Shown one piece after another: positions 35,444 to 48,736 of a stretch of DNA of 64,000 nt. The position numbers were made by a program, and so were the translations under genes. The stretch lies in NCBI RefSeq assembly GCF_963921235.1, contig NC_086097.1, positions 21,578,001-21,642,000 on the forward strand, written 5' to 3'. The stretch comes from Mobula hypostoma (Eukaryota). Positions within the stretch are counted from its first letter, which is position 1, and the number at the start of each line of letters is the position of its first letter. The notes below the pieces were generated by a model. That model worked only from the letters and a program-made list of their open reading frames with translations. It searched no databases and was not told the origin of the DNA.

Positions 35444-38400
35444 TATGCACTTTGATAAGAAGTATAATTTGAACTTTGAACTTTTGATTCAATCATGAAC
35501 CTTCCATGTAGGGCATTGTCAGATACCTTCCTAAAACCCATGTAAACTACATAAAAGTGTTATCCTCCTAAGTCTGCTTTTTGTTATCACCTGAAAAAAA
35601 TCATTCAATTTAGTTTGATGTGACCTTGCCATCACAAATCCTTACTGAATGTCCTTGCCCATCTGAATGCTGATAAATACTCTTCCTTGGAAGTTTTCCA
35701 GAAAAATTGTCCACTATTGACATTGAATTCAGTGGCCCAAAATGACTTGATTTACTCTAATCTGCATTTCTGAACAGTGCTGTATTTGCTGTCTTCTGAT
35801 CCCGGGCCAAGAAGCCTCCAGCCAAAGAGGGCTGGAAAATTATGTTTAGAGTCCTGCTCTTTCCCCCCCGCTTCTCTTAAAAGGCTGCCTAAAATCTGCG
35901 AAACCCCTTTAATATTTTTCTTGCTTGCCTTGCCTGTCTTATCTAATGTTTCACTATCTCTTCATTAACTACATCATATACTACATTTTCCACTTGAACA
36001 GACAAGTGCAAAGTGCTCGTTAAGAACCCATATTCCCGTCTGCATATGCAGATTACCTTTCATTCTTTCATAGCTCCTACTCTTTCCTTTTGTTCTTTAT
36101 GTTTGTAATACTTAATTTAGTTCCCTTTTATTTTCTGTGCCTCTGTTCGAGTTCATGAATTTCTTTAGCTCTTCGCTCCTGCATTATCTATACTTCTGAA
36201 TACAGAATTGACCTTGGTATATAGAATATGCTTCAAAGTTCAAAGTGCATTTATTATCAAACAATGCATAAATTATACAACCTTGAGATTTGTTTGTTTA
36301 CAGGCAGCCGCAAAACAAGAAACCTGAAAAGAACCCAATTTAAAAAAATAAAGACCAACCCCCAATGCGCACAGAGAAAGAGAGAAAAAAACGCAAATCG
36401 TGCAGAATGTAGAAGCGAGGAACAGCATCAGCATTCCGAACCAAAATGAGTCCTCAATCTAAATCCCCCAGAGCAGTCTGGAGTAGGCCCAAAGCCCCGG
36501 TATTCAATTCAATATGCTTATCATGTATGCTGAATTTTATCCTATATCTCCCTTGGCATCTCTGCATCTCTAGATTTGATCCCTGGTACCAGTTTGAATT
36601 AATTTGCAAATATATTTTCTTTGAACCCTTGCTATTAAAGTGCCTACTGTGGTGGTGATGTCGACGCATTCAAGGATCTGTTCCCAGTCCAGTTTTAGAC
36701 AACAAGGTGTAGGAGCAGAAGTAGGCCATTCAGCCCATCAAGTCTGCTCCACCATTCAATCATGGGCTGATCCAATTCTTCCCGTCATCCCCACTCACTG
36801 GCTTTCTCCCCATAACCTTTGATGCCCTGGCTGATCAAGAACTTATCTATCTCTGTCTTAAATGTACCCAATGGCTTGGCCTCCACTGCCACTCGTGGCA
36901 ACAAATTCCACAGATTTACCACCCTCTGTAACTTCTCCACTTCTCTGTTCTAAATGGACGTCCTTCAATCCTGAAGTCATGCCCACTTGTCCTAGACTCC
37001 CCTACCATGGGAAATAACTTTACCATATCTAATCTGTTCAGGCCTTTTAACATTCAAAATGTTTCAGTGAGATCCCCCCTCATTCTTCTGAACTCCAGGG
37101 AATATAGCCCAAGAGATGCCTCATGTTCCTCATACGGTAACTGTTTCATTCCTGGAATCATTCTCGTGAATCTTCTCTGAACCCTCTCCAATGTCAGTAT
37201 AACCTTTCTAAAATAAGGGCCCCAACGCTGCACACAATACTCCAAGTGGGGTCTCATAAGTGCCTTATAGAGCCTCAACATCACATCCCTGCTCTTACAT
37301 TCTGAACCTCTAGAAATAAATGCCAACATTGCATTTGCCTTCTTCACCACTGACTCAACCTGGAGGTTTACCTTCAGGGTATCTTGCACAAGGACTCCCA
37401 AGCCCCTTTCCATCTCTGCATTTTGAATTCTCTTCCCATCTAAATAATAGTCTGTCCATTTATTTCTTCCACCAAAGTGCACGTCCATACACTTTCCAAC
37501 ATTGTATTTCATTTGCCACTTCTTTGCCCATTCCCCTAAACTATCTAAGTCTCTCTGCAGGCTCTCTGTTTCCTCAACACTACCTGCTCCTCCACCTATC
37601 TTTGTATCATTGGCAAATTTAGCCACAAATCCATTAATCCCATAGTTCAAATCATTGACATATGTCATAAAAAGCAGTGATCCCAACACAGACCCCTGTG
37701 GAACTCCACTGGTAACTGGCAGCCAGCCAGAATAGGATCCCTTTATTCACACTCTCTATTTTCTGCTGATCAGCCAGTGCTCCACCTATGCTACTAACTT
37801 CCATGTAATTCCATGGGCTCTTTTCTTGCTAAGCAGCCTCATGTGTGTCACCTTGTCAAAGGCGTTCTGAAAATCCAAGTACACCACATCTACTGCATCT
37901 CCTTTGCTTGTAATTTCCTCAAAAAAATTGCAGTAGGTTAGTCAGGCAGGATTTTCCTTTCAGGAAACCATGCTGGCTTTGGCCTATTTTGTCATGTGCT
38001 CCAGTTATTCCGTAATCTCATCCCTAGCAATTGATTCCAACAACTTCCCAACCACTGATGTCAAGCTAACAGGCCTATAGTTTCCTTTCTGCTGCCTCCC
38101 ACCCTTCTTAAATAGCGGAGTAACATTTGCAATTTTCCATTCATCGGATACGATGCCAGAATCTATTGATTCTTGAAAGATCATTGTTAATTCCTTCACA
38201 ATCTCTCCAGCTACTTCCTTCCAGACCCGAGGCTGCATTCCATCAGGTCTAAGAGATCATTAAGCTTCCTGATCATCTTCTCAGTCGTAATTTTCACTGC
38301 ACATACTTCACTTCCCTGACACTCTGGAATATCCGGTATACTGCAGATGTCTTCCACTGTGAAGGCTGATGGAAAATACACATTCAGTTCCTCTACCATC

Positions 38401-38694
38401 TCTGTGTCTCTCATTACAATATCTCCAGCATCATTTTCTATTGGTCTTGTATCTACCCTCAACTCTCTTTTACCTTTTATATATTTAAAAAAGCTTTTAG
38501 TATCTTCTTTGATAGTAGTCGCCAGCTTCCTTTCATAATTCATCTTTTCCTTCTTAATGACCTTCTTAGTTTCCTTCTGGAAGTTTTTAAAAAAACTGCC
38601 CAATCTTCTACCTTCCTACTAGCTTTGGCTTATTTGTATGCCCTCTCTTTTGCTTCTACTATGGCTCTGACTTCACTTGTCAGCCACGGTAGTG

Positions 38695-39480
38695 TGTCAT
38701 AAGGTGGTGGTTGGGAATGGACCCAAGTGCAAGACACAGACACTGAAGTACTAGGGACAGGACTAGGATACAGAGTGAGGACAAGGACATGGACACGAAA
38801 ACCGGGAACCCGGAACAGGACTGGACAAGAGAGCTAGGAGACCAGAGACTCGAGACGAGGCTGGGGACTGGAGGCTCGAGGCAAGACTTGAGACTAGAAG
38901 CTTGGCTTGGCTGAGGCTCGAGGCTTGGGGTCTTGAAGCTTGGCTTGGGGCGAGGCTCGAGGCTTGGGGTCTTGAAGCTTGGCTTGGGGTGAGGCTCGAG
39001 GCTTGGGGTCTTGAAGCTCCTCCTGGGCAGGGCGCGGATCTCCACCCAATGGAGGCAAGGCACAGGAAGGGCCAGAACCAACTGCAGGGTAATGGCAAGA
39101 TGGCTTGGCTTACCCGACAGAGGCAAGGGACAGGAAGGGACAGAAACAACCGCAGGGTAACGGCAAGACTGCTTGACTTACCCGGCGGACGCAAGGGACA
39201 GGAAGGGAGCTAGGTACAGGGTGGCTCCAAGACAAGACTTCAGGTGAGACGAGGCGAGAGTTATCAGCAAGACTAAGCAAGGCTTCAGGCAATGCAAGGT
39301 GAAACAAGAACTTCAGGCAAGGTGGGAGTTACCGGCAAGACAAGGCAAGGCTTCAGGCGAGGAAACAGAAGGCAGGGGAAGGGATACAAGGAGTAAGGAC
39401 AAGAACAATCCAGCAGCCACGCCCTGGTCTCTGGAGGTATTAATGCAGCCAGCCCCACTGAGAATCAGCTGCCTCAATTA
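38695..39480. mobile_element. LTR-like insertion (begins tgtca) with internal 39-bp and 68-bp tandem repeats; other end lost
   Basis: Abruptly interrupts CR1 ORF2. 39-bp unit x~2.7 at 38913-39018. 68-bp unit starts at 39053, 39121 and 39189. Confidence 0.55.
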
Positions 39481-39976
39481 GTGCGTGAGATTTTCACTAC
39501 GGTGGACAGTGCTGCAGTGATTGCAGAAAAGTATTTCTATTTTATATAGGCTGTGTATTTATCATATCATTCCTGCTTTTACTATATGTTAGTGTTTTTT
39601 AAGGTTTTATGTGTTATTTGGTATGATTTGGTAGGTCATTTTTTGGGTCTGGAAATGCTCAAATTTTTCCCATGTAAATTAATGGTAATTGCTTCTTCGC
39701 TTTACGCCATTTCGGCATGAAAGGTTTCATAGGAACGCTCTACCTTAGCGGGGGAAATACGGGACAAAGGCAGTCCCGTATGGGACAAACCAATTTAGTC
39801 CAATATATGGGATGTCCCAGCTAATACGGGACAGTTGGCAACCCTATGTTCAAGTTCAATAGTGCGTGACAGGGAACGAGGAAAGGTGCAGCTGACTCAT
39901 ATCGTTTCCTCGCGGCCCGGTAGCACATGCTTTGCGGCCGGGTACCGGTCCGTGGCCCGGTGGTTGGGGACCGCTG
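39481..39976. mobile_element. Right end of a triple-nested MITE (Tigger end inside hAT end inside Charlie/MER1-like end)
   Basis: 39481-~39757 matches Tigger 3' region ~34410-34695. hAT terminus gttggcaacccta ends at 39846. Charlie-type terminus ggttggggaccgctg ends at 39976. Confidence 0.7.
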
Positions 39977-40622
39977 CCTTATTGGGCTCAACAACAAGTT
40001 GTTTTAAAAAGCTATCCCTTAAACATTCTACAAATTCTCTCTCTTGAGGTCCAGTACTGGCCTGGTTTTCCTAATCCACTTTCATGTTAAAATCAGCAAC
40101 GGTTATCATGACATCGCCCTTCTGATACGCTTTTTCTATCTCCTGCTGTAATTTGTAATCCACATCCTGGCTGCTGTTTGGAGGCCTGTATACAACTGCC
40201 ATTCGGGTCCTTTTACCCTTGTTCTTAGCCCAACCCATAGAGACTCCACACTTTCCAATCCTATGTCATTCCTTTCTAATGATTTAATATATTTCTTATA
40301 CACAGGGCCACACCACCCCCTCTGCCTACTAACCTATCTTCTTGATACACTGTATATCCTTGGATGTTCTGCTCCCAATGGCAGCCATTCTTTAGCCAAG
40401 TTTCAGAAATGGCCACAACATCATACTTGCCCATCTGTAGCTGAATTTCAAGATCGTCCGTTTTATTTCTTATTCTGTGTGCATTCAAATATAACACTTT
40501 CAGTCCAGTATCTGTTGCTTTCCATTTTAACTGCGCTACACCTCTATTGCCCTGTAAATCATCCCACTGACATTGATTATGCCTCATCTGCTGCCTGTCC
40601 TTTTTATCATCTCTGTTGCACA

Positions 40623-41615
40623 CTACCTTTGATTTATTTCTGTTTTCCCCTTCCTCAGCCCTATCACTCCGGTTCCCATCCCCCTGCCAAATTGGTTTAA
40701 ACCTCCCCCAACAGCTCTATTAAACCTGCCTGCAAGGATTTTGGACCCCTTTGGGTTCAAGTGTAATGCGTCCTTTTTGTACAGGTCGTACCTCCCCCAG
40801 AAGAGGCCCCAATGATCCAGGAACCCGAAACCCTGCCCCCTACACCAGTCTCTCAACCATACTTTAATATGCCTGATCATGCTACTCTTGCATGGCACAG
40901 GCAGCAGTCCTGAGATTACTACCCTGGAGGTCCTGCTTTTCAACTTCCTACCCAACTCCCTGAATTCTCTCTTCAGGACCTCCTCCCTTTTTCTACCAAC
41001 ATTATTGGTACCAACATGTACCAAGACTTCTGGCTGTTCACCCTTTCCCTTCAGAGTTCTCTGCACTGAATCTGAGACATCCTGTACCCTGGCACCTGGG
41101 AGGCAACACACCATGCGGGTAACTCTATCAGGCTGACAGAGCCTCCTGTCTGTTCCCCTCACTATGGAATCCCCTACGACTACTGCATTCCTCATCTTCT
41201 TCTCTCTCTTCTGCACCACGGAACCAGGCCTAGTGCCAGAGACCCAATTGCTGTGGTCGTCCTCTGTCAGGTCACCCCACTCAACTGCATCCAAAATGAG
41301 ATAACGATTACTGAGGGGGATGGCCACGGGTGTGTTCTCTAATATCTGAGCTCTTCTCTTCCCTTCCCTGACGGTCACTCACTTGTCTAACTCCTGCAGT
41401 CTCGGGGTGACTAACTCCCTGTAGCTCCTATCTACCTCCTGCTCACCTTTCCTAATAAGCTGCAGGTCATTGAGCTGCAGCTCCAGGTCCCTAACACGGT
41501 CTCTCAGGAGCTGCATCTCAGTGCACCTGGGGCAGATGTGGCCATCTGGGAGACTGGAAGATTCCCAGCATTCCCACATCTGACACCCAGAACAAAGCAC
41601 TAACCCTGCAGACAT
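40623..41615 (-). pseudogene. CR1 ORF1 (Cys-rich N-terminus, coiled coil, SGNH esterase) with a single in-frame TGA
   Basis: ORFs 41379-41615 and 40623-41378 are contiguous in one frame. Motifs VVGDSIVRG, CCLPGARV, VHVGTNN, DALHLN. TGA at 41381-41379 aligns with TGG in the copy near 62300. Confidence 0.85.
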
Positions 41616-41984
41616 GCTCGCTATTCCTCAAAAAATGCAGGGGAAAAATGAAGTCCACTTACCCACTTACCTCGCCGAAGCCCGAATGAGCCAAAGCGCA
41701 ACTACTCTGACTCGGACCACTCCTTTGATGACAGCTCTGCTAGGCAGTGTCTTCCTTTTATGCCTGAACCTTCTCTGCTCTCCAACACGATTGGTGTGCT
41801 GGTTACAGCCGAGTTCCCGCGAAGCTTTCCCCATTTAAATTTTGCTCCTGGTCCTGTGTGCCACCTCCTCTCTCGTAGCTCTCCAACTCACGATTGGTGC
41901 GCTGGTTATTGCCAAGTTGTATCTCAAAATGGCATACTTGGCTGAGTCTATTTAAGAACTTTTGCTGAACAACATTAAATTTAC

Positions 41985-42548
41985 TCTGAGGCCTCTGTTG
42001 GTCAGGACTGATAATCAGTGTTGTGTCCTGGCTGTCTAGGTGCACAAGCTTGGGCTGTACAATATGGAGAGCAAGGTGTCGTCCATGTAACAAGCTCCCT
42101 CTGTCTGCAAAGGAATGGCAGAGACTGATACGGATTGGCACCAGGAATGTCGTGGGAGTTGCCAGTCAACCTTGGACTGCCTTAGGGACTCCAGCTCTAG
42201 ATTTTTCCCTTGGGGTTTACTCCTGAAGCCTTCCCCATGAGGGGGTACAGCTTCAAGACAGCAGAGGTTTGAGAACAGAGTTTTCCTTCTCCGAGATGAG
42301 CTGCCAGCAACAGCTGATGAGCCCCATCTGCCCAAAGTGACTGGTTTTAAGGTGCCAGTAACCCGCCTTTGTTTCTTCTCCTGTCAGTAGAAACGGTTCC
42401 GCCAGGCTTAATAACTAAGCCACATGTGAAGGGCAGATGCTAAACTTGGTTATTGGAGGTTATTTGAGGCACACGCTGTTGGAAATATTTAATAGGTAGT
42501 GGGAGCTTGTCCCCATTGCCACCCCCAGCTAAAATAACCATAGGAACC
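41985..42548 (-). mobile_element. RTE-derived non-autonomous retroelement
   Basis: RTE 5'-UTR-type motif ggcagctcatctcggagaaggaaaactctg on the minus strand. No ORF. Confidence 0.55.
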
Positions 42549-45500
42549 AACAGTAAAATTAGCTGAGTTCTGGTCCCTGTTGCCAAAATACTCCCTTTTC
42601 AGGCCAGCTTCATTCCACAGCAGCAGTGAAATTATCCACACATTTTCTCCCACACTGTTCATCTAACCCAATGGTCTCCTTCGTGCGCTTATTCAGTTGC
42701 TCTTGAAATGAGAGAGATAGATATTCATCTCCCAAGTGCCTTGTGATTATGAATTCTATCTTCTTTCAAATGGACAATGGATTTATTGGCCTTATGACCA
42801 CTGGTAATTGATATTGTGTTATTATTGTCAACGCGTACCAAGATACAGTGAAAAGCTTGTCTTGCACAGTGTTCATCAGTTTTCTGAGGTAAAAATTAAA
42901 GAGAGATTAGCATTATTTGTCACACGTACATCAAAACGTTGAAACAACAAATGTGTCATTTGTGGGACTGACCAATATAGTTCAAGGATGTGCTGGGGGC
43001 AGCTCACAAGTATCACCATGCTTCTGCACCTACAACTGACTGACCTAAATGTTTTTAGAATGTGGGAGAAAACCCATGAAGTGACAGGGAGAATGTACGA
43101 ATTCCTTACACACTAGTGGGAATTAAACTCCAATTGGTGGTTGCTGGCACTGCAAACAATTACCTTAACCTCTGCGCTACTGTCTCACCTGTAGAAAAAG
43201 GTGAAACACTAACAATGCTTCTAAAGTCTAGAAGCTACAGAGAAAGCGCAGTGCAAGGTCATAAGGAAGGAGCAGATTGTGAGGTCAAGGGTTTGTCTTA
43301 ACGTACAAGATCTATCGTACCACCTTATATTTACAGAACCCCCTTCCCAGATTTAGTTGGGGGTTGTGAGGACTGAATAAGCAGTGGGTTTCAGTGAATG
43401 TATTACAGGGCTCGAATCTTAGTGAGTTCAAGAGCCAGAGACAGTTTTGGTCACATGACATGGTTATTGTTGGGAAGGTCAACATTCATTGCCCATCCCA
43501 AATTGTCCTTTGGGAGGTGGTGTATCTTGGGCTTCCTGGAGAAGGTTTCTCCATTTTGGGTCCGATTCAGATGCAGTTACAACGAAGGAGCAGTAATCTA
43601 TTGTGGTGTGAGACTTGGAGGGGAACCCATGTTGTTCCCATGTTCCTGCTTCCTTTGTGTGTATGGATTTGCTGAAGAAACCTTGACAAGTTGTTGCCAT
43701 GGATTTTGTAGTCTGAATCAACAAAATACACTGTTGATTCAATCTACAAAATTGAACGGATTTCAATGTATTCAAACTAAAGTGAACAAATTTAAATTTT
43801 TTCAATTCCAAGTAATTGAACTGATGTCATAGAGTGCTGGCAGTGGAAGGTGAACACTTGGTTTGTACTCCATGCCTGTCAAGCTGCCTGCTTTATTGCT
43901 GATTGAAATTATAAAAAATATCTAAAAGGCACCTGGGAAGTCAAGGTTTAAGGGACCTTGGTGTGGAGAATGAACAAGGCATCAAGCTGATAATGATGTT
44001 TTGATTTTAACAGCAGCCATATGTTGATGGGAGTATCTTATCTTCTATGGTTTGAATTTTCAGTGTAAGGTCATTACATCTTGAACATAATCCAAATGCT
44101 CAAGGTTGTGATGAGATCATGTCCGAGTAATGAAAATGTGGAATTGCAAGTCCTTCCTCCTCCACCTTATTCCCCTGCTTTCCTGAGATTTATCTGTGTC
44201 TCTCACAAACTTGCCATTGTTAGAATTATAGGAAAGTACAACATAGAAGGAAACCTTTTGGCCGATTGTTTCTGTGCTGGCAAAAAAGAACCATGGAGAC
44301 CAATGCAGCTTCTCAGGTGTTGGCCAGGGCTCTAGGGGTTATGACTTTTTAATAGCTCATCAGTTACTTTTTAAATGTGATGAGAGCTTGTGTCTTCATT
44401 AGTCTTTCAGGCACTGAGTTCTGGATAGGCATTTCTCCTTGGAGTCACAATCTTCCCACAGCCCCCTCGAATCCATAGCCCTTCATACCACTCCCATCCA
44501 TGTACCTATTCAAACTTCACTTGCTGAAGTACAATTAATGTTAATTCCTTGGTATTTCATAATTTTATGCATGTTTGATTAAGTTTCATCAGAGCCTCTG
44601 TTCTGAAGAAAATAATGCTTGCCACCTTGTAATTCTCATCGCCAAATTTCTCCATTGTTTGCAGACATCCTTGTAAATCTGCTCCTTGTACAATCGCACT
44701 TGTTCAGTTGCAGAGCATAGAACAGTACAGTACACTTCAGCCCACTATGTCTGCACTGACCATAATGTCAAGCTAAATACTCCTATTTGCTCACACATCT
44801 GTCTGTCTAAGTGCCTCTTAAACATTGCTATCATGTTTGCTCTGCCACCTCCCCGGCAGTAAAAGCAATCTTATTTTCATTGACATATGTCGTGAAATTT
44901 GTTGATTAGTGGCAGAGGGACAGTACAATACATAAAATTACAATACATTACAATAACTGTAAGTCAAAAATAAATAGCGCAAAAGAGAGAAGAATCATGA
45001 CAGAGTATCCTTTGGTTCTTGGACCTTTCAAAAACCCGATGGTTGAGGAAAAGAACCTGTTCCTAAAACATCAAGTTTCAGGCTTCCGTGACGAGAAAGG
45101 GGCCTGAGCCGAGAGGGAGGGAGCTTTATGACAGATGCCACCTTCCTGAGGCAGCACCTTTTGAAGATGTTTTCGATGGTGGCGAGGCTAGTGCCCTTGA
45201 TGGAGCTGGCTGAATCTACAACTCTCTGCGTGGCCCCTCCATACCAGCTAGCAATGTAACCATTCAGAATATTCTCCATGGTGAGTCCGTAGAAGTTTGC
45301 CATACCCTATATTCTCAAACTCTGTTCATTCAGAACCAAAGATGATCTGGATATGAATATTCCCTGAATATGAATATTTTCCGATCTCTTTTAAACTTTT
45401 CCCCTCTTATCTTAAGTCTATGCTGTCTAGTTTTTTCACTCTGGGGAAAAGAAATCTGATTATCTGCCCTTTTTTTGCCTTTCATAATTTTATATGCATC

Positions 45501-45801
45501 CACCAGGTCGCCCATCAACTTACAATGCTCTAGAGAAAACAGTCCAGCTTAGTCCATCTACGATCATAAGTAATACTCTTCAGTGAAGAGAGTGTTTTAG
45601 CATTTCATGTTAATTATTTCTCATTGTAATGGGGGTGGGGGGGAAGACTGAAGTAAAGAAATTGAATTGCAGAGAGAGAAGGAGAGTGAAAAAGAGAAAG
45701 AGAGGTAGAGAGAGAGTGAGATGTTGTCTTCAGATAATCAGTAATTCCAGTGCAGTCTCACATTTCCCGTGTTAAGTTTATTTTCCCTCTGCTCTTCTTG
45801 A

Positions 45802-46160
45802 AGGGTACGGTTACGCAGTTGTTAAATTACTAGATTAGCAGCCAGAAGTCGGAAGTATTGATCTAGAGACATGATTTTGAATCCCACCATGGCAACTAGG
45901 GAATTTAAATTCAAGTTGTTCAATAAATCCGTAATGAAAAATACCTCCTAGTATGGTAACCATGAAATGACCGGACTGTTTGGTTTGCTGATGTCCTCCA
46001 AGGAAGGAAATCTGCCAACCTTACCAGGTTTAGCTCATCTGACGCCCCAGACCCGCCAGTGTAATTCTTAACTTGACTTTTGGTTCGGGGGCATGGGCAA
46101 TTAGGAATAGCTGATAAATATTGGCACCGCCAGTGGCATCCACATCCCGTGAATGAGCAA
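45802..46160 (+). mobile_element. Old tRNA-derived SINE with LINE-type tail
   Basis: Degenerate A/B boxes (tttgaatcccacca). Tail gcaattagg..ataaatattggc..cacatcccgtgaatga, a related tail reversed at ~43450-43520. Confidence 0.55.
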
Positions 46161-46269
46161 CAACAACTGTACACTTAACACCATCTACACTTAACACTAT
46201 TTCAACAATCAGATTCCTGAGAATCATTATTTCACAGGACCTCATGTGGGAGAATCATATCTCCTTCGT

Positions 46270-47810
46270 TAACACAACGGCTCGGCCAACAATCTATTTC
46301 TTGCGGCTGTTGGTAAAATTCCATCTTCCCCGGAACATACTGGTGCAATTCTACACTGTCGACATAGAGAGCACCCTCATATGAGCTGTGACTGTCTGGT
46401 TTGGTGCAGCATCCTCTTACAATATGTGAAAACTACAGTGAACTGTCATGTCAGCAGGCAAGGTCATTGGCTACAGTCTACCATCACTGCAGGACTTGTC
46501 TGTGTCCAGAATAGACAAGTGGGCAGAAAAAGTCATTGTGGACACTACCCACCCAGTAAATTGTCTTTTGCAAAAGCTCCCTCTGGAAAGTGCTGTACGG
46601 CTATTAAAACAAAAAATTAACGTCATCTTAAAAGTTTATCCCCCCCACCCCAGCCAGTTAGTTTGAGCAACAATTCTAGTTAGCTTTTCCCACTCTCCTA
46701 TATTACCCCAATCACTGAACCGTAAACACTTTAAACCACTTTTTTATAATGCTATTTACATTATAAATACCTATTGGTATTTATGCACATTTTATTCCAG
46801 ATCCGTACTTTAATCTTTACCCTTTTTTTAATATATTTCTTTATACTGTCTTTATACTTTTTAATTATGAGAGGCATAGACAGGGTAAGTGCAAGCAAGC
46901 TTTTCCCGCTGAGGTTGGGTGAGACTACAACTAGAGGTCATGTGTTAAGGGTGAAAGGTAAAATGTTTAAGGGGAGCGTGGGGGAACCTTCTTCACTGAG
47001 AAGGTGGTGAGAGTGTGGAATGAGCTGCCAGCGCAAGTGGTGTATATGAGCTCGATTTCAACATTTAAGAGAAGTTCAGATAGGTACATGGATGGTGGGG
47101 GTATGGAGAGCTATGGTCTGGGTGCAGTGTGATGAAAGTAGGTGGTTTAAATGGTTCAGCACAGACTAGATGGGCCAAAGGGCCTGTTCTGTGCTGCATG
47201 ACTCTATGACTTTAATTGTTGAATGCTTTTTGTTGCGTGTCAGATCAACACTTATAAGACCATAAGATTTGGGAGCAGAAGTAAGCCATTCAGCCCATCG
47301 AGTCTGCTCCGCCATTCAATCATGGGCTGATCCAATTCTTCCAGTCATCCTCCCTCTCCTGCCTTCTCCCCATATCCTTTGATGCCCTGGCTAATCAAGA
47401 AACTATCTATCTCTGACTCAGATGCACCCAGTGACATGGCCTTCATAGCCACTTGTGACAATAAATTCCACAGATTTACCACCCGCTGACTCAAGTAATT
47501 TTTCTGCTTCTCTGTTCTAAATGGACCTCCTTCAATCCTGAAGTCATACCCCCTTGACCTAGACTCTCCTACCATGGGAAATAACTTTGCCATACCTAAT
47601 CTCTTCAGGCCTTTTAACATTCAGAATGTTTCTATGAGATCCCCCCCTCATTCTCCTGAACTCCAGGGAATACGGCCCAAGAGCTGCCAGACGTTCCTCA
47701 CACAGTAACCCTTTCATTCCTGGAATCATTCTTGTGAATCTTCTCTGAATCCTCTCCAATGTCAGTATATCCCTTCTAAAATAAGGAGCCCAAAACTGCA
47801 CACAATACAA
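46270..47810. mobile_element. Cluster: Rex1/Babar 3' end (+, ~46270-46850), CR1 3' end (+, ~46860-47210), CR1 3' end (-, ~47255-47810)
   Basis: ORFs 46448-46666, 46774-47010, 47345-47620 and 47559-47810 carry family C-terminal motifs. Confidence 0.75.
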
Positions 47811-48736
47811 TGTAAGTGTATATGGTGAATGTAGCTGATCCTTGAATAATAAAAAAAATTGACTCTGATTTGTCTCTTTCTGCTTGCGTTTTCATAGTTA
47901 ATCTCATTCGGTCTCACCCTCCCACGGACTTTTTTTTGTCCCTCGCCCCCTTTCTGTTGAGGTTACGACTTGTTCCCATTCTACATTTCTGATGAGAGGT
48001 CATCAGCTGGTCCGGTTGGCTCTGTTTCTCTCTCCACAGACACTGCCTGACGAGCATTTTCTGAATTTTATTCAGATTTTCAGTATTTTACTTTAAAAGG
48101 AATGGTGTAATTAGTGGAGCCGCAGCCTCCTAGCTATTGCTGACCACTGCTGCCATTCGCAGAACAAAGAACCTAACAGCCTATTCAATGGCTGTACCAC
48201 CTCATCCTCCAGCAGGCATTCCCTTTGCTTCACCTATTGTCCTCCACCACCATCTCTGCTATTGAGACCAGCTTGCCTCCTCTCCTTCTCAGTTCTGCTG
48301 AAGGATCGTTGACCCTTTAGGTTTACTGATTTCTCCTTCCACAGACTGGCTGAGTTCTTTCAGCATTTCTGCTTTTGCTTCTGGTTCCAGCATCTGCTGT
48401 TTTATTTTTTTGTCTTCCTCTGATGCTGTCTGTGTGGAGTTTGCATGTTCTTCCTGTGTTCCTTTGGATTTCCTTCAGGTGCTCCTGTTTCCTCCCACAT
48501 TTCAAAAGCATGTTGTTTGATGGATTACGTGGCCATTATATATTGCTCCTAGTGTGTAGACAAGTGCTAGAATCTGGTGTGAGTTTTTCTGATCGAAAAG
48601 CTCCAAAACATGGACCTCTGCACTTCCCTCTGCATCTGGATCCTTGACTTCTTTACCAGGAGACTACAGTCTGTGCGGATCGCAAATAACATCTCCACCT
48701 CATTGATAATCAACACTGGCAGATCTCAATGATATG

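Larger units (their letters stand above)
36705..41620 (-). mobile_element. Near full-length decayed CR1 LINE (ORF1 + ORF2), interrupted at 38695-39976
   Basis: ORF1 at 41615-40623. EN LKVLYLNAH..AISETWL..GGGVAL. RT GNYRPVSLTS, KFANDTK. 3' tail at ~36705. Confidence 0.92.

Noticed and set aside
38680..39213. Pro/Ser- or Trp-rich repetitive ORFs
   Set aside because: Translations of the 39-bp and 68-bp tandem repeats inside an LTR-like element.
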